Positions 9,489-22,439 of a stretch of 64,000 bases of DNA are shown in pieces. This DNA comes from an uncultured Actinomycetes bacterium (GTDB lineage: Bacteria > Actinomycetota > Thermoleophilia > UBA2241), in contig CAVWIH010000014.1 in assembly GCA_963755025.1 (NCBI GenBank), positions 288,001-352,000 of the forward strand, written 5' to 3'. Made by a program: the position numbers and the translations under genes. Position 1 is the stretch's first letter. Every line of letters starts with the position of its first letter. Under the pieces are notes generated by a model that saw only the letters and a program-made list of their open reading frames with translations, had not been told where the DNA came from and searched no databases.

Positions 9489-9733
9489 GGGGGCCGTCCT
9501 TCGTGTCGCATGCCGTCGATCGTTGTGGCCGATCGCTTCTGTGGGTCGTTCGTCGGTGTCGACGACCACCTGCGTGGTCGTTGCAAGGCGACCTTCTCGC
9601 TAGAAACGTGCCCGTAACGGGCGCCGAAGAACCGGCGGCGGCCCTGCCCGGGTTCCCCAGTGGTGAGACGAGGCGGCCGTGGGGGAAACCCCTCTAGGTG
9701 ACGCTACTTCCGCTTCCCAAAGGAGGCTTTGAG

Positions 9734-9928
9734 ATGGTCGACAAGAGCACTCTCGATCAATGCCTGCAGGGCATCAGCTTTCCGGCCCGCCGGGACGAGA
9801 TCGCCCAGTGCGCCGCGGGCAATACCTGTCCGAGCGACGTCCTCTCGCAGCTAGAGGACCTTCAGGTGAGCACCTACCGCTCGGAGGGCGACGTGCTCTG
9901 CCACCTCGGCGATATCAGCTACTGCTGA
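9734..9928 (+). CDS. DUF2795 family small protein
   Basis: AGGAGG RBS; LQGISFPARRDE...Y.S..DV. Confidence 0.8.
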   Translation: MVDKSTLDQCLQGISFPARRDEIAQCAAGNTCPSDVLSQLEDLQVSTYRSEGDVLCHLGDISYC

Positions 9929-9938
9929 TCCGCCGGCG

Positions 9939-9987
9939 GGGCGCGGAAACCCCGGCGGCCGTGCCGGCCGCCGGGGTTTCCGCGCCC
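9939..9987. terminator. 23-bp perfect inverted repeat after the DUF2795 gene
   Basis: gggcgcggaaaccccggcggccg-tgc-cggccgccggggtttccgcgccc. Confidence 0.7.
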
Positions 9988-10040
9988 ACGGCAGCTACGA
10001 AGGCGAGCGGCTCCGGCGACGCAGGCGACTCCGGGCGGTT

Positions 10041-10095
10041 TGCGATACTTGTTTCCGATATGTATACTTTCGCTATATCTATTTCGGCTATGAGC
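10041..10095 (+). promoter_or_regulatory. AT-rich promoter/operator of the MarR-MFS operon
   Basis: Local AT island containing TATACT (-10) and repeated tttc(c/g)g-like units upstream of the MarR gene. Confidence 0.5.
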
Positions 10096-10117
10096 TTCAC
10101 CGCGAAGGAGACCACCT

Positions 10118-12366
<2,249 letters not shown>

Positions 12367-12535
12367 ACGCGCCAAGGGCGGGCAGGGCCGACGGCGCGAG
12401 CGCCCGACGGCGGGAGGAGTCGGCAGCGCGGGCGAAGCTTTGCGCTGATTGTCCGCGATCTGGCGCCGGCGCCTTCATCGTCACCGCAAGCGCCCCGCGA
12501 AAAACCCCGCCGGCGTCCGGGGCCACGGCGCCCGG

Positions 12536-12564
12536 TTCACAGCTGTATCACAGCCGTTTCTTGG
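12536..12564 (+). promoter_or_regulatory. OmpR-type direct-repeat box (11-bp period)
   Basis: TTCACAG-ctgt-ATCACAG-ccgt-TTCTTGG upstream of the 12644 gene. Confidence 0.5.
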
Positions 12565-12643
12565 TCGAAACTCACCGCCGCGGCCGACACTCACCAAGGT
12601 AGGCCGTCTTCGTGCGGCCGCAGGCGGCAACGAGAGGATCTCC

Positions 12644-13153
12644 ATGAGACGCATGAGCATCGTCATCTGGATCGTGGTGGGCGTGCTCGCAGCGGCCGTG
12701 CTGGCGGCCGTCGCCATCGTCTTCTACCACGTCGGCTTCGACCACGGGGCGACCACCGGAGCGGTCACTCGCGTGCGCCTGCCCCTGCGCAGCGGCATCG
12801 CCATCGGCTTTCCGCGGCGCTTCGGCGGCGGCGGCCTGGGCGGCGTCGGCGTCTTCCTCGCGCTACTGGCGGCCGGCGGCATCGGCGCGCTGATCGTCTA
12901 TCTCGTGACCTCCGGCCGCCAGGGAACGGCCGTTGCGAGCGTGCCGGCCCCGGCGGCGCAGGGTGGCCCCGACGACCCGCGCCGGCGGCAGTTCGAGCAG
13001 TGGCAGCAGTTCGAGGAATGGCACCGCCAGACGCACGGTGCGGCGGCGCCCGACGTGCCGGCGCCCAGAGAGGCGGCGCCCGACGAGGCGCCCGACATCG
13101 CGGCGCCCGACGCGCCTGCCGACGCGCCGGAGCCTCCGACGCACGGAGCCTGA
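12644..13153 (+). CDS. Two-TM membrane protein with a C-terminal FEEWHR motif (paralog of 32291-32821)
   Basis: GAGAGGA RBS; YHVGFDHG and FEEWHRQTH match YHAGYDHG and FDEWHRRAH. Confidence 0.7.
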   Translation: MRRMSIVIWIVVGVLAAAVLAAVAIVFYHVGFDHGATTGAVTRVRLPLRSGIAIGFPRRFGGGGLGGVGVFLALLAAGGIGALIVYLVTSGRQGTAVASVPAPAAQGGPDDPRRRQFEQWQQFEEWHRQTHGAAAPDVPAPREAAPDEAPDIAAPDAPADAPEPPTHGA

Positions 13154-13268
13154 GCTCGAAGACCAGCTCGCCGTCGACGACCCGCCCTGGGGGCGCGAAG
13201 CCGAGCTCCTCATTGACCCGCGGCGAACGAAGGTGGCCGGAGCGGCACCCCTGAGAGCAGCCGGCGAG

Positions 13269-15218
13269 CTACAGGGCGACCGGCTCCCCGATCGTCACGA
13301 CGCCGCTCTCGAGCACAGCCTTGCAGGCTGCGACGACCGCGGCGTCGTAGCGCACCCCGCTGCCCGCCTCGACCTCGGCCAGGGCCGCCTCGATACCGAG
13401 CGCGGCACGGTACGGCCGGTCTGAAGCCATGGCCTCGACCACATCGGCCACGGCGATGATGCGGGCTTCGAGCAAGATCTCGTCGCCGCTCAGGGACTGT
13501 GGATAGCCGGAACGGTCGAGACGCTCGTGGTGCTGGTGCGCGACCTCGGCCACCGGCCACGGAAAGTCGATGGCGCGCAGGATCTCAAAGCCGGTATGCG
13601 CGTGTTCCTTGATCAGCATGAACTCGGTGTCGGAGAGCCGTCCCGGTCTGTTCAGGATCTCGGCCGGCACGACGATCTTGCCCACGTCGTGCACCAGGCC
13701 GGCCACGCGCACGCCGGAAACGGCGTCGTCGTCGAGCCCAAGCTGCACGGCGATAGCCGCGCCGAGCTCGCTCACCCGCTGCTGATGACCCGCGGTGTAG
13801 GGGTCGCGGAACTCGACGATGCCGGCGATCGTCGCGATGATCTCCTCGCTCAACGACTTCACCTGCGCGAGGCTGGCGATGAGCCGCTGCTCGGCCGCCT
13901 TGAGCTCGCTGATGTCGCTCACCACGTGGATGCCGCCGGCGAAGCCGCCGGCGGTGTCGACGACCGGCTCGAAGGTGACCCGCAGCCAGCGGTCGCCCTG
14001 CCGCAGGACAGAAGATTCGCTGTGACCCGAGGCCAGGGAGCGCTGATGCGGGCAGTCGCGGCTGAAGCCGGCCGTGCCGTGGAAGGCCTCGAAACAGTGG
14101 GCGCCGATCACGCGATCGAAGCTCAGGGCGGCGAGCTCCGTGGTCGCCTTGTTGCAGCGCAGCACCACTCCCTGGGCGTCGAGCACGGCCACCGAGTCGT
14201 GCATCGCGTCGAAGGTCTGGCGCCACTCGCGGGCTGCGGCGGTGAGTCGCTCCTCGGCCTTGCGCTGGTCGGTGACGTCCTGGATGAAGCCCTCGAGCAT
14301 GCGGGCGCCCGCGACGGCTTTGCCGCGGTCGACCGCAGCGCCGCGCTCCCACACCCACCGGGTCTCGCCGGCGGCCGTGACGATGCGATACGTGCAGGTC
14401 CACGTCGCCCCCGCGGCGATGGCGGCCTCGATATCGGCGCGCAGCGCGGCGCGATCGTCGGCCCACACGAGGTCGGCGTAGGAGACCTTCGCGTTGCCGA
14501 GCAGCGCCTGCGGCGCGTAGCCGGTCAGGGCCTCGCAGCCCGCGCTCACAAAACGCATCGTCCACTGATCGTCGGCGACGCAGTTGTAGGCCATGCCCGG
14601 CAGGTTGCTCATGAGGGCGCCGAGCTCGGACTCGGCGCGACGCCAGTGCATCGTGACCCAGGCCACGCTCTCGCCGATGGCGACGCAGACGACGCCCACG
14701 AACACCAGGCTGGTCAGCGCCACGGCCGACGTCTGCTGGCTCGCCAGGAGCGGCGCGCCGTAGGCGACCACGAACAGCGGCAGCGCCCGCACCGACGTGC
14801 CCGGCTTCTGGCAGACGCCGATCCACACGAAGAGCAGCAGGAAGAACGGGCTCCAGTCCCAAGGGTCGCGTCCGCCGCTGACGTTTCCGCACGCGATGCA
14901 GGCAAGGGCGACAGGGATCAGCCACAGCGTGGCGCGGCTCGTCCAGCGCGCCCAGGGCAGGCGCCAGACGACCGCGGCGACGAGCATGCTGGCGACCCCC
15001 GTCGCGGCCAGCGCGGCGTCGCTCTCGCGCGGCACCAAGGGCTGCGCCACGAGCGCCAGGCACAGCAGGCCGCCGACGAACAGGAGGACCGCAGCCGAGC
15101 GCGCGGCAAAAGCGGAGGGGATCCCCGATCGGAGCGTGTTTCCATCCCAGACGGACTGGATCTTGCCCTGTGACCAGCGCACAAGGCCGGGGGTGAGCAC
15201 CTGTCCTTCTCTCCGCAT
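13269..15218 (-). CDS. Membrane-anchored PAS-PAS HD-GYP c-di-GMP phosphodiesterase
   Basis: TM region, two PAS domains, HDVGK, HHERLDRSGYP, DRPYR; start uncertain. Confidence 0.9.
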   Translation of the reverse strand: MRREGQVLTPGLVRWSQGKIQSVWDGNTLRSGIPSAFAARSAAVLLFVGGLLCLALVAQPLVPRESDAALAATGVASMLVAAVVWRLPWARWTSRATLWLIPVALACIACGNVSGGRDPWDWSPFFLLLFVWIGVCQKPGTSVRALPLFVVAYGAPLLASQQTSAVALTSLVFVGVVCVAIGESVAWVTMHWRRAESELGALMSNLPGMAYNCVADDQWTMRFVSAGCEALTGYAPQALLGNAKVSYADLVWADDRAALRADIEAAIAAGATWTCTYRIVTAAGETRWVWERGAAVDRGKAVAGARMLEGFIQDVTDQRKAEERLTAAAREWRQTFDAMHDSVAVLDAQGVVLRCNKATTELAALSFDRVIGAHCFEAFHGTAGFSRDCPHQRSLASGHSESSVLRQGDRWLRVTFEPVVDTAGGFAGGIHVVSDISELKAAEQRLIASLAQVKSLSEEIIATIAGIVEFRDPYTAGHQQRVSELGAAIAVQLGLDDDAVSGVRVAGLVHDVGKIVVPAEILNRPGRLSDTEFMLIKEHAHTGFEILRAIDFPWPVAEVAHQHHERLDRSGYPQSLSGDEILLEARIIAVADVVEAMASDRPYRAALGIEAALAEVEAGSGVRYDAAVVAACKAVLESGVVTIGEPVAL

Positions 15219-15443
15219 CGGGCGTGATTGGCCTGGAGCCGGCCCGCGCGGCGCCCGTGCCTCGCCGCGCGCGCTGTGGCCTTCGTGACTGCCGTTCAGT
15301 ATCGGCTCGTCTCGGCCGTGCCTGAAGGGGCGGCGCCGCGGGACCTTTTGCTCGACGACGACCCGCAGTGCTGGGTCGGTCTGCCCGCAGCCGCCGGGGA
15401 GCTCTTCGCCGACGCGCCTCGGGCTCGCTCGCCGCTGGTTCGG

Positions 15444-15494
15444 CTCAGCTCGTCGCGCGCTTCAGCTCTGCGCGCGCTTCAGCTCTGCGCGTCG
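15444..15494. repeat. 3 x 17-bp tandem repeat spanning the porB stop codon
   Basis: ctcagctcgtcgcgcgc / ttcagctctgcgcgcgc / ttcagctctgcgcgtcg. Confidence 0.7.
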
Positions 15495-16378
15495 CGCGCC
15501 AGAAAGCCTTCCCAGCGCTTGTCGACCCACGCCTGCGCGCCGGCGACGTCGTCGGCGCTCATGCCGCTGAAGCGGCCCTGCTCGGCGATGAGCTCGGCCA
15601 CCGGCTTGCGGCGGCCGCTGCGGGCCAGCGCCCGCGAGCCGCTCGTCAGGCGGAACTGCCCGTCTTCGACCTCGTACAGCACGGTCAGGCCGGTCTGCAC
15701 GGCGAGCTTGCCGAGGCGCACCGTGTCTTTGGGGTCGAAGCCCCAGCCCGGCGAGCACAACGTGCTCATGTGGATATAGCGCAGGCCTTTGATGCCGCGC
15801 GCCTTGGCCACCTTGTCGTACACGTCGTCGGGGTACACGGCCGAGGTCGAGGCGACGTAAGGAATGCCGTGGGCTTCCATGATGCGCGGCAGGTCTTTGG
15901 GGTTCTCGCGCTTGCCGGCCGTGGTCGTGGTCGTGCGGGCCCCGCGCGGCGTCTGGCTCGAGCGCTGCGTGCCGGTGTTCATGTAGGCCTCGTTGTCGTA
16001 GCACAGGTAGATGAAGTCTTCGTTGCGCTCGGCGGCGCCGGAGAGCGCCTGGATGCCGATGTCGCCGGTGCCGCCGTCGCCGGCAATGGCCAGCACGGTG
16101 AACTCGTCGGCGCGCCCCGTGGCGCGCAGGCCGGCGGCCACGCCGGTGGCGGCCGCCGCGGTCGACGCGAAGGCGACGTTGATCCAGGGCACGGTCACCG
16201 AGCTCACCGGGTACATGCCGCCGAGCACGGTCAGGCAGCTCGCCGGCACTGTCATGATCATGCGGCCGTCGAGCGCCTTGGTGATGGCGCGCAGGCCGAT
16301 CGCCAGGCTGCAGCCGGCGCAGGCCCGGTTGCCGGACAGCACGAACTCGGCTTCGGGCAGGTCGACGATCTTCGTCAT
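15479..16378 (-). CDS. porB: 2-oxoacid (pyruvate):ferredoxin oxidoreductase beta subunit
   Basis: ACAGC, GDGG..DIG and YDNEAYMNTG (TPP-binding) motifs. Confidence 0.9.
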   Translation of the reverse strand: MTKIVDLPEAEFVLSGNRACAGCSLAIGLRAITKALDGRMIMTVPASCLTVLGGMYPVSSVTVPWINVAFASTAAAATGVAAGLRATGRADEFTVLAIAGDGGTGDIGIQALSGAAERNEDFIYLCYDNEAYMNTGTQRSSQTPRGARTTTTTAGKRENPKDLPRIMEAHGIPYVASTSAVYPDDVYDKVAKARGIKGLRYIHMSTLCSPGWGFDPKDTVRLGKLAVQTGLTVLYEVEDGQFRLTSGSRALARSGRRKPVAELIAEQGRFSGMSADDVAGAQAWVDKRWEGFLARDAQS

Positions 16379-16391
16379 CAGGATGCTCCCG

Positions 16392-17618
16392 TCACAGCTT
16401 CAGGGTAAGCCAGTCGTCGGCGCGGTCGCGCACTCCGGCGGAGTGGTCGGCCAGGGCGCGGCGGGTGGCGTCGGCCAGGTCGTCGGGCGTGGTGTCGCGA
16501 CCCCCGAGGCCGGTGATGGCGCCGAACACCGCCGGCGCGTCGGCGCGGCCGCACAGGGCGGCCCGCAGGTCGTTGCAGATGGGGCCGCCGAAGCCGTACG
16601 ACAGCGCCTTGTCGAAGACGAGCGCGACCTTGCGGCCGGCCAGCGCGGCGCGCAGCGCCGCGGCCGGGAAGGGGCGGTAGGCGCGGATGCCCAGCACGCC
16701 GGCCTTGATGCCCTCGGCCCGCAATGCGTCGACCGCCACCGTGAGCTGGGTGGCCAGCGAGCCGGCCGCGACGAGGGCGATGTCGGCGTCGCCCAGGCGG
16801 TCTTCCCAGAAGAGGCCGCCCCACGAGCGACCCGTGACCTCGCCGTACTGCGCATCGACGGCGGGCACGACCTCGAGCGCCTGCAGCAGGGCGCGTTGAT
16901 GCAGGGCGCGCAGCTCCATGTAGCCGTGCGAGAGCGCGCCCTCGGCGTTCACGCGGGGGTCGGCGAGCGTCACCTGGCCGATGTTGCGCGGGTCGGCCAG
17001 GTCGACGACCTGCAGGGGCGAGGGGCGCGGCGGCAGGAAGGCGTCGACGGCGGCCTGCTCGGGCACGTCGACCGGCATGACGGTGTGCGACAGCAGGAAG
17101 CCGTCGTAGCAGACCATGACCGGCACGTTGACGGTCTCGGCTATGCGGAAGGCCTGGATGAAGGTGTCGAGCACCTCCTGGTTGTCGCGGCAGTAGAGCT
17201 GGATCCAGCCGGCGTCGCGCTCGGACATGGAGTCCTGCTGGTCGTTCAGCACGTTCCAGGGGGCGGCGAGCGAGCGATTGACCACGCCCATGACGATAGG
17301 CAGCCGGGCGCCGGCCGCCCACCAGACCTGCTCGTTCATGTAGGCGAGGCCGTTAGAGCTCGTGGCGGTGAACACCCGCGCGCCCACGGTCGACGAGGCG
17401 ATGCACACGGTGAGCGCCGAGTGCTCGGATTCGACGGCCACGAACTCGCTGTCGAGCTCGCCGCTCTCGACCCACTTCGAGAGATGCTCGACGACGGGCG
17501 ACTGCGGCGTGATGGGATAGGCGGCGACGACCTGCACGCGGGCCAGCCGGGCTGCCGTGGCGGCGGCCTCGTTGCCGGTGAGCAGCGACACGCGGGCAGA
17601 GGTGTTGCTCTCTTGCAT
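16392..17618 (-). CDS. porA: 2-oxoacid:ferredoxin oxidoreductase alpha subunit
   Basis: TGNEA, AYPITPQS, VESEHSA, TATSSNG, YRPFP, GLGGRD. Confidence 0.9.
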   Translation of the reverse strand: MQESNTSARVSLLTGNEAAATAARLARVQVVAAYPITPQSPVVEHLSKWVESGELDSEFVAVESEHSALTVCIASSTVGARVFTATSSNGLAYMNEQVWWAAGARLPIVMGVVNRSLAAPWNVLNDQQDSMSERDAGWIQLYCRDNQEVLDTFIQAFRIAETVNVPVMVCYDGFLLSHTVMPVDVPEQAAVDAFLPPRPSPLQVVDLADPRNIGQVTLADPRVNAEGALSHGYMELRALHQRALLQALEVVPAVDAQYGEVTGRSWGGLFWEDRLGDADIALVAAGSLATQLTVAVDALRAEGIKAGVLGIRAYRPFPAAALRAALAGRKVALVFDKALSYGFGGPICNDLRAALCGRADAPAVFGAITGLGGRDTTPDDLADATRRALADHSAGVRDRADDWLTLKL

Positions 17619-17650
17619 GGCTCTCGATTCCTGTCTTGTCGGCGGACGGC

Positions 17651-17959
17651 CTAGCGGCCGCAGGCGCCGGGCTCGTGTTCGGGCTGCATCTCGATGGCCT
17701 GCGCGGGGCACACCGCGGCGCAGATGCCGCACCCCTTGCAGTAGGTCAGGTCGATGACCGGACCTATGCTGCGCGACACGCAGGCGTCGGGGCAGTAGAC
17801 CCAGCACAGCTGGCAGCTGATCTTGTCGGCCTTGACCGCGAGGCAGGCCTCGGGCGCCACGAGCACCGGGCGCTCAGAGCGCCAGGCGCCGGTCGCGCCG
17901 GCCTCGCCGACCCTCGGCGTCGCCATGCTGATCTCGTGGCCGCACTCTGTGGTGCCCAT
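17651..17959 (-). CDS. porD: 2-oxoacid:ferredoxin oxidoreductase delta (2x[4Fe-4S]) subunit
   Basis: TGAWRSERP, CQLCWVYCP, CKGCGICAAVCP. Confidence 0.9.
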   Translation of the reverse strand: MGTTECGHEISMATPRVGEAGATGAWRSERPVLVAPEACLAVKADKISCQLCWVYCPDACVSRSIGPVIDLTYCKGCGICAAVCPAQAIEMQPEHEPGACGR

Positions 17960-17969
17960 CGTCGTGCTC

Positions 17970-18587
17970 CTACTCGCTCGTGCACTCGGCGGCGAAGGCG
18001 GCCGCCTCGAAGTTCTTCTTGGCGGCGCCCGGCGCGAACGCCTGGGCGATGGCCGCCTCGAGGGCATCCATGCCGATCAGCGCCGTCGCCGCGGCGACCG
18101 CACCGAGCATGGCGGTGTTGACCATGGGCGCACCGCCCACCATGAGGCCGGCGGCCAGCGCCGCGCCGGTCACGTCGGCGGTCACGAGGCGCGTGCCGGC
18201 GGGCAGCCCGGCCCTGTCGAAGGCCAGCTCGGCCGGCGGCTGCGCCGAGTTGACGAGCACGACCGCGCCCGGCTTGAGGCCGGCGACGATGTCGTCGCCG
18301 CCCAGCAGCGACTCGTCGAGCACGACCACGAGGTTCGGGGTGGTGACCTGCGAGAGCACGCGGATGGGAGAGTGGGAGAGCCGTGTCGAGGCGGTGATCG
18401 GCGCGCCGCGGCGCTCGGCGCCGAACGTCGGCGCGCTGGTGACGCCCACGAAGCCGCTGCGAAAGCCGGCGTCGGCCAGGATCTTGGCGCTGGTCACCGC
18501 GCCCTGCCCGCCGCGCCCGTGCCAGCGCACCTCGTACATCTCCTGGGCGTCCAGCGTGGGGGCGCTCACCGCCGTCGGGCTCGTCAT
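17970..18587 (-). CDS. porC: 2-oxoacid:ferredoxin oxidoreductase gamma subunit
   Basis: [27 protein letters not shown]. Confidence 0.9.
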   Translation of the reverse strand: MTSPTAVSAPTLDAQEMYEVRWHGRGGQGAVTSAKILADAGFRSGFVGVTSAPTFGAERRGAPITASTRLSHSPIRVLSQVTTPNLVVVLDESLLGGDDIVAGLKPGAVVLVNSAQPPAELAFDRAGLPAGTRLVTADVTGAALAAGLMVGGAPMVNTAMLGAVAAATALIGMDALEAAIAQAFAPGAAKKNFEAAAFAAECTSE

Positions 18588-20278
18588 GACGCACTTCCTT
18601 CGCTTGGGTCGCCGTCGGGCGCCACGGCGAGCACGCCGTCGCGAGCCGAGACGAGGCTCTGCGCGAGCTCGCGCAACTTGTACTTCTGCACCTTGCCCGA
18701 CGCCGTCAGCGGGAACTCGTCGACGAAGAAGACGTACTTGGGCGTCTTGTAGCGGGCCAGGCGGGCGCGCGCGAACTCTTGCACGTCGGATTCGCTCAAG
18801 TCGGCGGCGGCGGCGCGCCGCACGAAGGCGCCCACCACCTCGCCGTATTTGGCGTCGGGCACGCCCACGACCTGGGCGTCTTCGACGCCCGGCATGGTGT
18901 AGAGGAACTCCTCGATCTCGCGCGGGTAGATGTTCTCGCCGCCGCGGATGATGATGTCTTTGATGCGGCCGGTGATGCGGTAGTAGCCGTCGGCGTCGAT
19001 CGTGCCGAGGTCGCCGGAGTGCAGCCAGCCGTCGGCGTCGATCACCGCGGCCGTCGCCTCGGGCATGTTGTAGTAGCCCTTCATCACGTTGTAGCCGCGG
19101 CAGAGGAACTCGCCGGGCTCGTCGGGCGCGCAGTCCCTGCCGGTGCGCGGGTCGACGACCCGCACCTCGACCTCGAGGCTGGCGGTGCCGACGGTCTCGC
19201 ACTTGCGCTCGAGCGTGTCGTCGGCCGACGTCTGCATGAACACCGGCGACGCCTCGGTGAGGCCGTAGCAGATGGTGAGCTCGGCGGCGTGCATCTGGTC
19301 GATCACCTGGCGCATGGTCTCGATGGGGCACGGGCTGCCGGCCATGATGCCGGTGCGCAGGCTGGTGAGGTCGAACATCGAGAACATGGGGTGGGCCAGC
19401 TCGGCGATGAACATGGTGGGCACGCCGTAGAGCGCGGTGGCCCGCTCCTTCTGCACGGCGGCCAGCACGAGCAGCGGGTCGAAGGCCTCGATCATGACCA
19501 GCGTGGCGCCGTGCGTGAGGGTGGCCAGCACGCCGAGCACGCAGCCGAAGCAATGAAAGAGCGGCACGGGCAGGCAGACGCGGTCGGCCGGGCCCAGGTT
19601 CTGGCGGTCGCCGATGTAGTAGCCGTTGTTCAAGATGTTGCGGTGGGTGAGCATGACGCCTTTGGGGAATCCGGTCGTGCCCGAGGTGTACTGCATGTTC
19701 ACGACGTCGTCGTTGCCGACGACCGCCTTGGTGGCGACGAGCTCGGCGTCGTCGCTGTGACCGCCCAGCAGCAGCAGCTCGGGCACGGTGTACATGCCGC
19801 GATGCTTCTCGGGGCCCAGGTAGATGAGGCTCTTGAGCGCCGGGAATTCGGGCGAGTCGAGGCTGCCGCGGGCGTGCGAGAGCGACTCGGGCACGAGCTC
19901 GCGCACGATCTCGACGTAGTCGACGTCGCGGAAGGCGTCGATGATGCACAGCGCCTTCATGTCGGACTGCTTCATGACGTAGGCGAGCTCGTGGCTCTTG
20001 TAGACCGGGTTCACGGTCACCAGCACCACGCCGATCTTCGCCGTGGCGAACATGAAGGTGAGCCAGTCGGGCACGTTGCGCGCCCAGATGCCGAGGTGAT
20101 CGCCACGGCCTATGCCGATGGCGAGCAGGCCCTTGGCGAGGCTGTCGACGCGCTCGTCGAACTGGGCGTAGGTCCAGCGCAGGTCGCGGTCGGGGAACAC
20201 GACGAACTCGCGCTCGGGATCGGCCGCGACGATGCGCTCGAAATACGCGCCGATCGTGTCTTCAGTGTGCAGCGCCAC
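18584..20278 (-). CDS. AMP-forming acyl-CoA synthetase
   Basis: [44 protein letters not shown]. Confidence 0.92.
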   Translation of the reverse strand: MALHTEDTIGAYFERIVAADPEREFVVFPDRDLRWTYAQFDERVDSLAKGLLAIGIGRGDHLGIWARNVPDWLTFMFATAKIGVVLVTVNPVYKSHELAYVMKQSDMKALCIIDAFRDVDYVEIVRELVPESLSHARGSLDSPEFPALKSLIYLGPEKHRGMYTVPELLLLGGHSDDAELVATKAVVGNDDVVNMQYTSGTTGFPKGVMLTHRNILNNGYYIGDRQNLGPADRVCLPVPLFHCFGCVLGVLATLTHGATLVMIEAFDPLLVLAAVQKERATALYGVPTMFIAELAHPMFSMFDLTSLRTGIMAGSPCPIETMRQVIDQMHAAELTICYGLTEASPVFMQTSADDTLERKCETVGTASLEVEVRVVDPRTGRDCAPDEPGEFLCRGYNVMKGYYNMPEATAAVIDADGWLHSGDLGTIDADGYYRITGRIKDIIIRGGENIYPREIEEFLYTMPGVEDAQVVGVPDAKYGEVVGAFVRRAAAADLSESDVQEFARARLARYKTPKYVFFVDEFPLTASGKVQKYKLRELAQSLVSARDGVLAVAPDGDPSEGSAS

Positions 20279-20290
20279 GATCCGGGGCTC

Positions 20291-20866
20291 TCAGAAGGGG
20301 GCGTAGATGACGGCGAGGATCGTGGCTGCGGCTGTACCGGCCGCGCGCACCTGGTGCGGCACGATGGAGTCGTAGTAGATGCTGTCGCCGACACCGAGCA
20401 CGTGGAGGTCTTTGCCGTACTCGATCTCGATGCTGCCGTCGAGGACGTAGATGACCTCTTCGCCCTCGTGGCTCGACAACGCCCGCGCGGCGCCGGCCTG
20501 CACGACTATGCGAAACGGCTCCATGTGGCGCGCGCTCTTGCCGGCGGCCAGCGAGAAGAACTCGAGCTGGCCGCGGTCGGGGGTGCCGGTCTCGAGGCTG
20601 CGCAGGCGGGCGATCGACTCGCTCTCTGCGCCGCGCGTGACGACGGGGCCCATCTGGGTGTCGTCGTCGAGCAGGGTGCCCAGCCGGCAGCCGAGCGCCC
20701 GCGTGATCTTGATGAGCGGCGCCAGCGACGGGGCCAGCTCACCGGCCTCGAGCTGCTCGATGACGGCGACGTCGCAGCCGCTGCGCTCCGCGACCTGTTC
20801 GACGGTCAGCCCGAGCGAGTCGCGCAGCGTCGTCAGCTTCGCGCCCGTTCGTGTGTCGTGCGCCAT
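20291..20866 (-). CDS. XRE-HTH + cupin transcriptional regulator
   Basis: N-terminal HTH (PSLAPLIKI), then MEPF, HEGEE and YYDSIVPH cupin motifs. Confidence 0.9.
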   Translation of the reverse strand: MAHDTRTGAKLTTLRDSLGLTVEQVAERSGCDVAVIEQLEAGELAPSLAPLIKITRALGCRLGTLLDDDTQMGPVVTRGAESESIARLRSLETGTPDRGQLEFFSLAAGKSARHMEPFRIVVQAGAARALSSHEGEEVIYVLDGSIEIEYGKDLHVLGVGDSIYYDSIVPHQVRAAGTAAATILAVIYAPF

Positions 20867-21210
20867 GGGTCGGTCCCTTTGTTCCCGGGCCCGCGTGTCG
20901 TGACCACCCGGGCAGGTCGGTGCGCGCTCGTCGCAAGCCGCGCTCAAAACCGGCCCGCCGCGCTCGTACAGTCCTTAGGATACCTGACCACGCAAGCGGC
21001 CGCCGCCTCGGCTGAGCGGCCGCTCGGCCACGGTCGAAGGGGCGCGGCGCGAGCGAGCGTTTGCCGCGCCGATGAGGCGGCTGTACGATATACCCCTCAG
21101 GGTATTATGACGACGACAGGATGGGGTGTGTACGATGGCAGCGACCGTCTCCTTTGACGCGATGCCGGCGCGTGGCTTTCGGGCCGCGCTCGGCCGCAGG
21201 GGTTAGCGCC

Positions 21211-21564
21211 GTGTGGCCGTTCCGCCACGGCGCCTCCGCCCCCGCGTCGCCGCCGGCGATCGACGTCGCCGAAGCCGCGGCCCGGGCGCGCAAGGGCGCC
21301 CATCTGGTCGACGTGCGCTCGGGGCGCGAGTTCGCCGCCGGCCACCCGAAAGGCGCGCGCCACCTGCCGCCGGAGAGCATCAAGGCAGGTGAGACCGGCC
21401 TCGCCCGAGACGACGAGATCCTCGTGATCTGCCTGAGCGGGCACCGCAGCGCCGGCGAGGCCAAGCGGCTCGCGGCCATGGGGTTCACGAACGTGGCCAA
21501 CGTCACCGGCGGCCTGCTCGCCTGGCAGCGCGCCGGCCTGCCCGTCACGAAGCCGGGACGCTAG
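21211..21564 (+). CDS. Rhodanese-like domain protein
   Basis: LVDVR...GHPKGA, ICLSGHRS, GGLLAW; start uncertain. Confidence 0.85.
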   Translation: MWPFRHGASAPASPPAIDVAEAAARARKGAHLVDVRSGREFAAGHPKGARHLPPESIKAGETGLARDDEILVICLSGHRSAGEAKRLAAMGFTNVANVTGGLLAWQRAGLPVTKPGR

Positions 21565-21601
21565 CGGTGCGGCATAAGGCGGAACGTCCGGTGACGGCCC
21601 C

Positions 21602-22378
21602 GTGAACCCGCCCGTGCCCGCCGACCACGGCGAGCTCGCCGCGCTGCTCTCGCGCGCCGGCTTCATCGCCGCCGACGCTGAGGCCGCTGCGTTGCTGGCG
21701 CGCGCCGCCGGCGACGCCGCGCTCCTCGAGGCGCTCGTCGCACGCCGCCTCACCGGCGAACCCCTCGCCTGGGTCACCGGCCGTGTCAGGTTCTGCGACC
21801 TCGAAGTGCTCGTCGCGCCCGGCGTCTACGTGCCGCGCCCGCAGAGCGAGGCCCTCGCCCGGCGCGCCGCCGCCCGCCTGCCTGCCGCAGGCACGGCGAT
21901 CGACCTCTGCACGGGGACCGGCGCCATCGCCATGACCCTGCAGAGCACCCACCCCGCGGCCCGCGTCGTGGCTTCAGATGTCGACGAGCGCGCCGTCGCC
22001 TGCGCTGCCGCAAACGGCGTCGAGGTCTATCGCGGCGACCTCTTCGCCCCGTTGCCGACCGGTCTCGCGGGTAAGGTCGACGTAGTGGTCGGCGTCGTGC
22101 CTTACGTGCCGACGCCCGAGCTCTCCCTGCTGCAGCGCGACACCTTCGCCTTTGAGACCACTCTGTCGTACGACGGCGGTCCGGACGGCGCCGCCATACT
22201 GCGCCGCGTGGTGGCCGACGGCGCCCGCTTTCTGCGGCCCGGCGGCGCCCTGCTGCTCGAGCTCGGCGGGCGACAGGCCGACCTGCTCTCCGGCGACCTT
22301 GCGCGCCTGGGCTACGTCGCCGTCACGCTGCTGGTCGACGACGACGGCGACGCGCGCGGCATCGAGGCCCTGCGCTAG
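21602..22378 (+). CDS. HemK/PrmC-like SAM-dependent methyltransferase
   Basis: RRLTGEPLAW, VYVPRP, DLCTGTGA, VPYVP (NPPY variant), DGGPDG. Confidence 0.85.
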   Translation: MNPPVPADHGELAALLSRAGFIAADAEAAALLARAAGDAALLEALVARRLTGEPLAWVTGRVRFCDLEVLVAPGVYVPRPQSEALARRAAARLPAAGTAIDLCTGTGAIAMTLQSTHPAARVVASDVDERAVACAAANGVEVYRGDLFAPLPTGLAGKVDVVVGVVPYVPTPELSLLQRDTFAFETTLSYDGGPDGAAILRRVVADGARFLRPGGALLLELGGRQADLLSGDLARLGYVAVTLLVDDDGDARGIEALR

Positions 22379-22439
22379 AGTCCGGCCCGGGCGCAACGGC
22401 CGGTCGAAGCGCCCCGACAGGGGTGCGTATACTGCCTCC

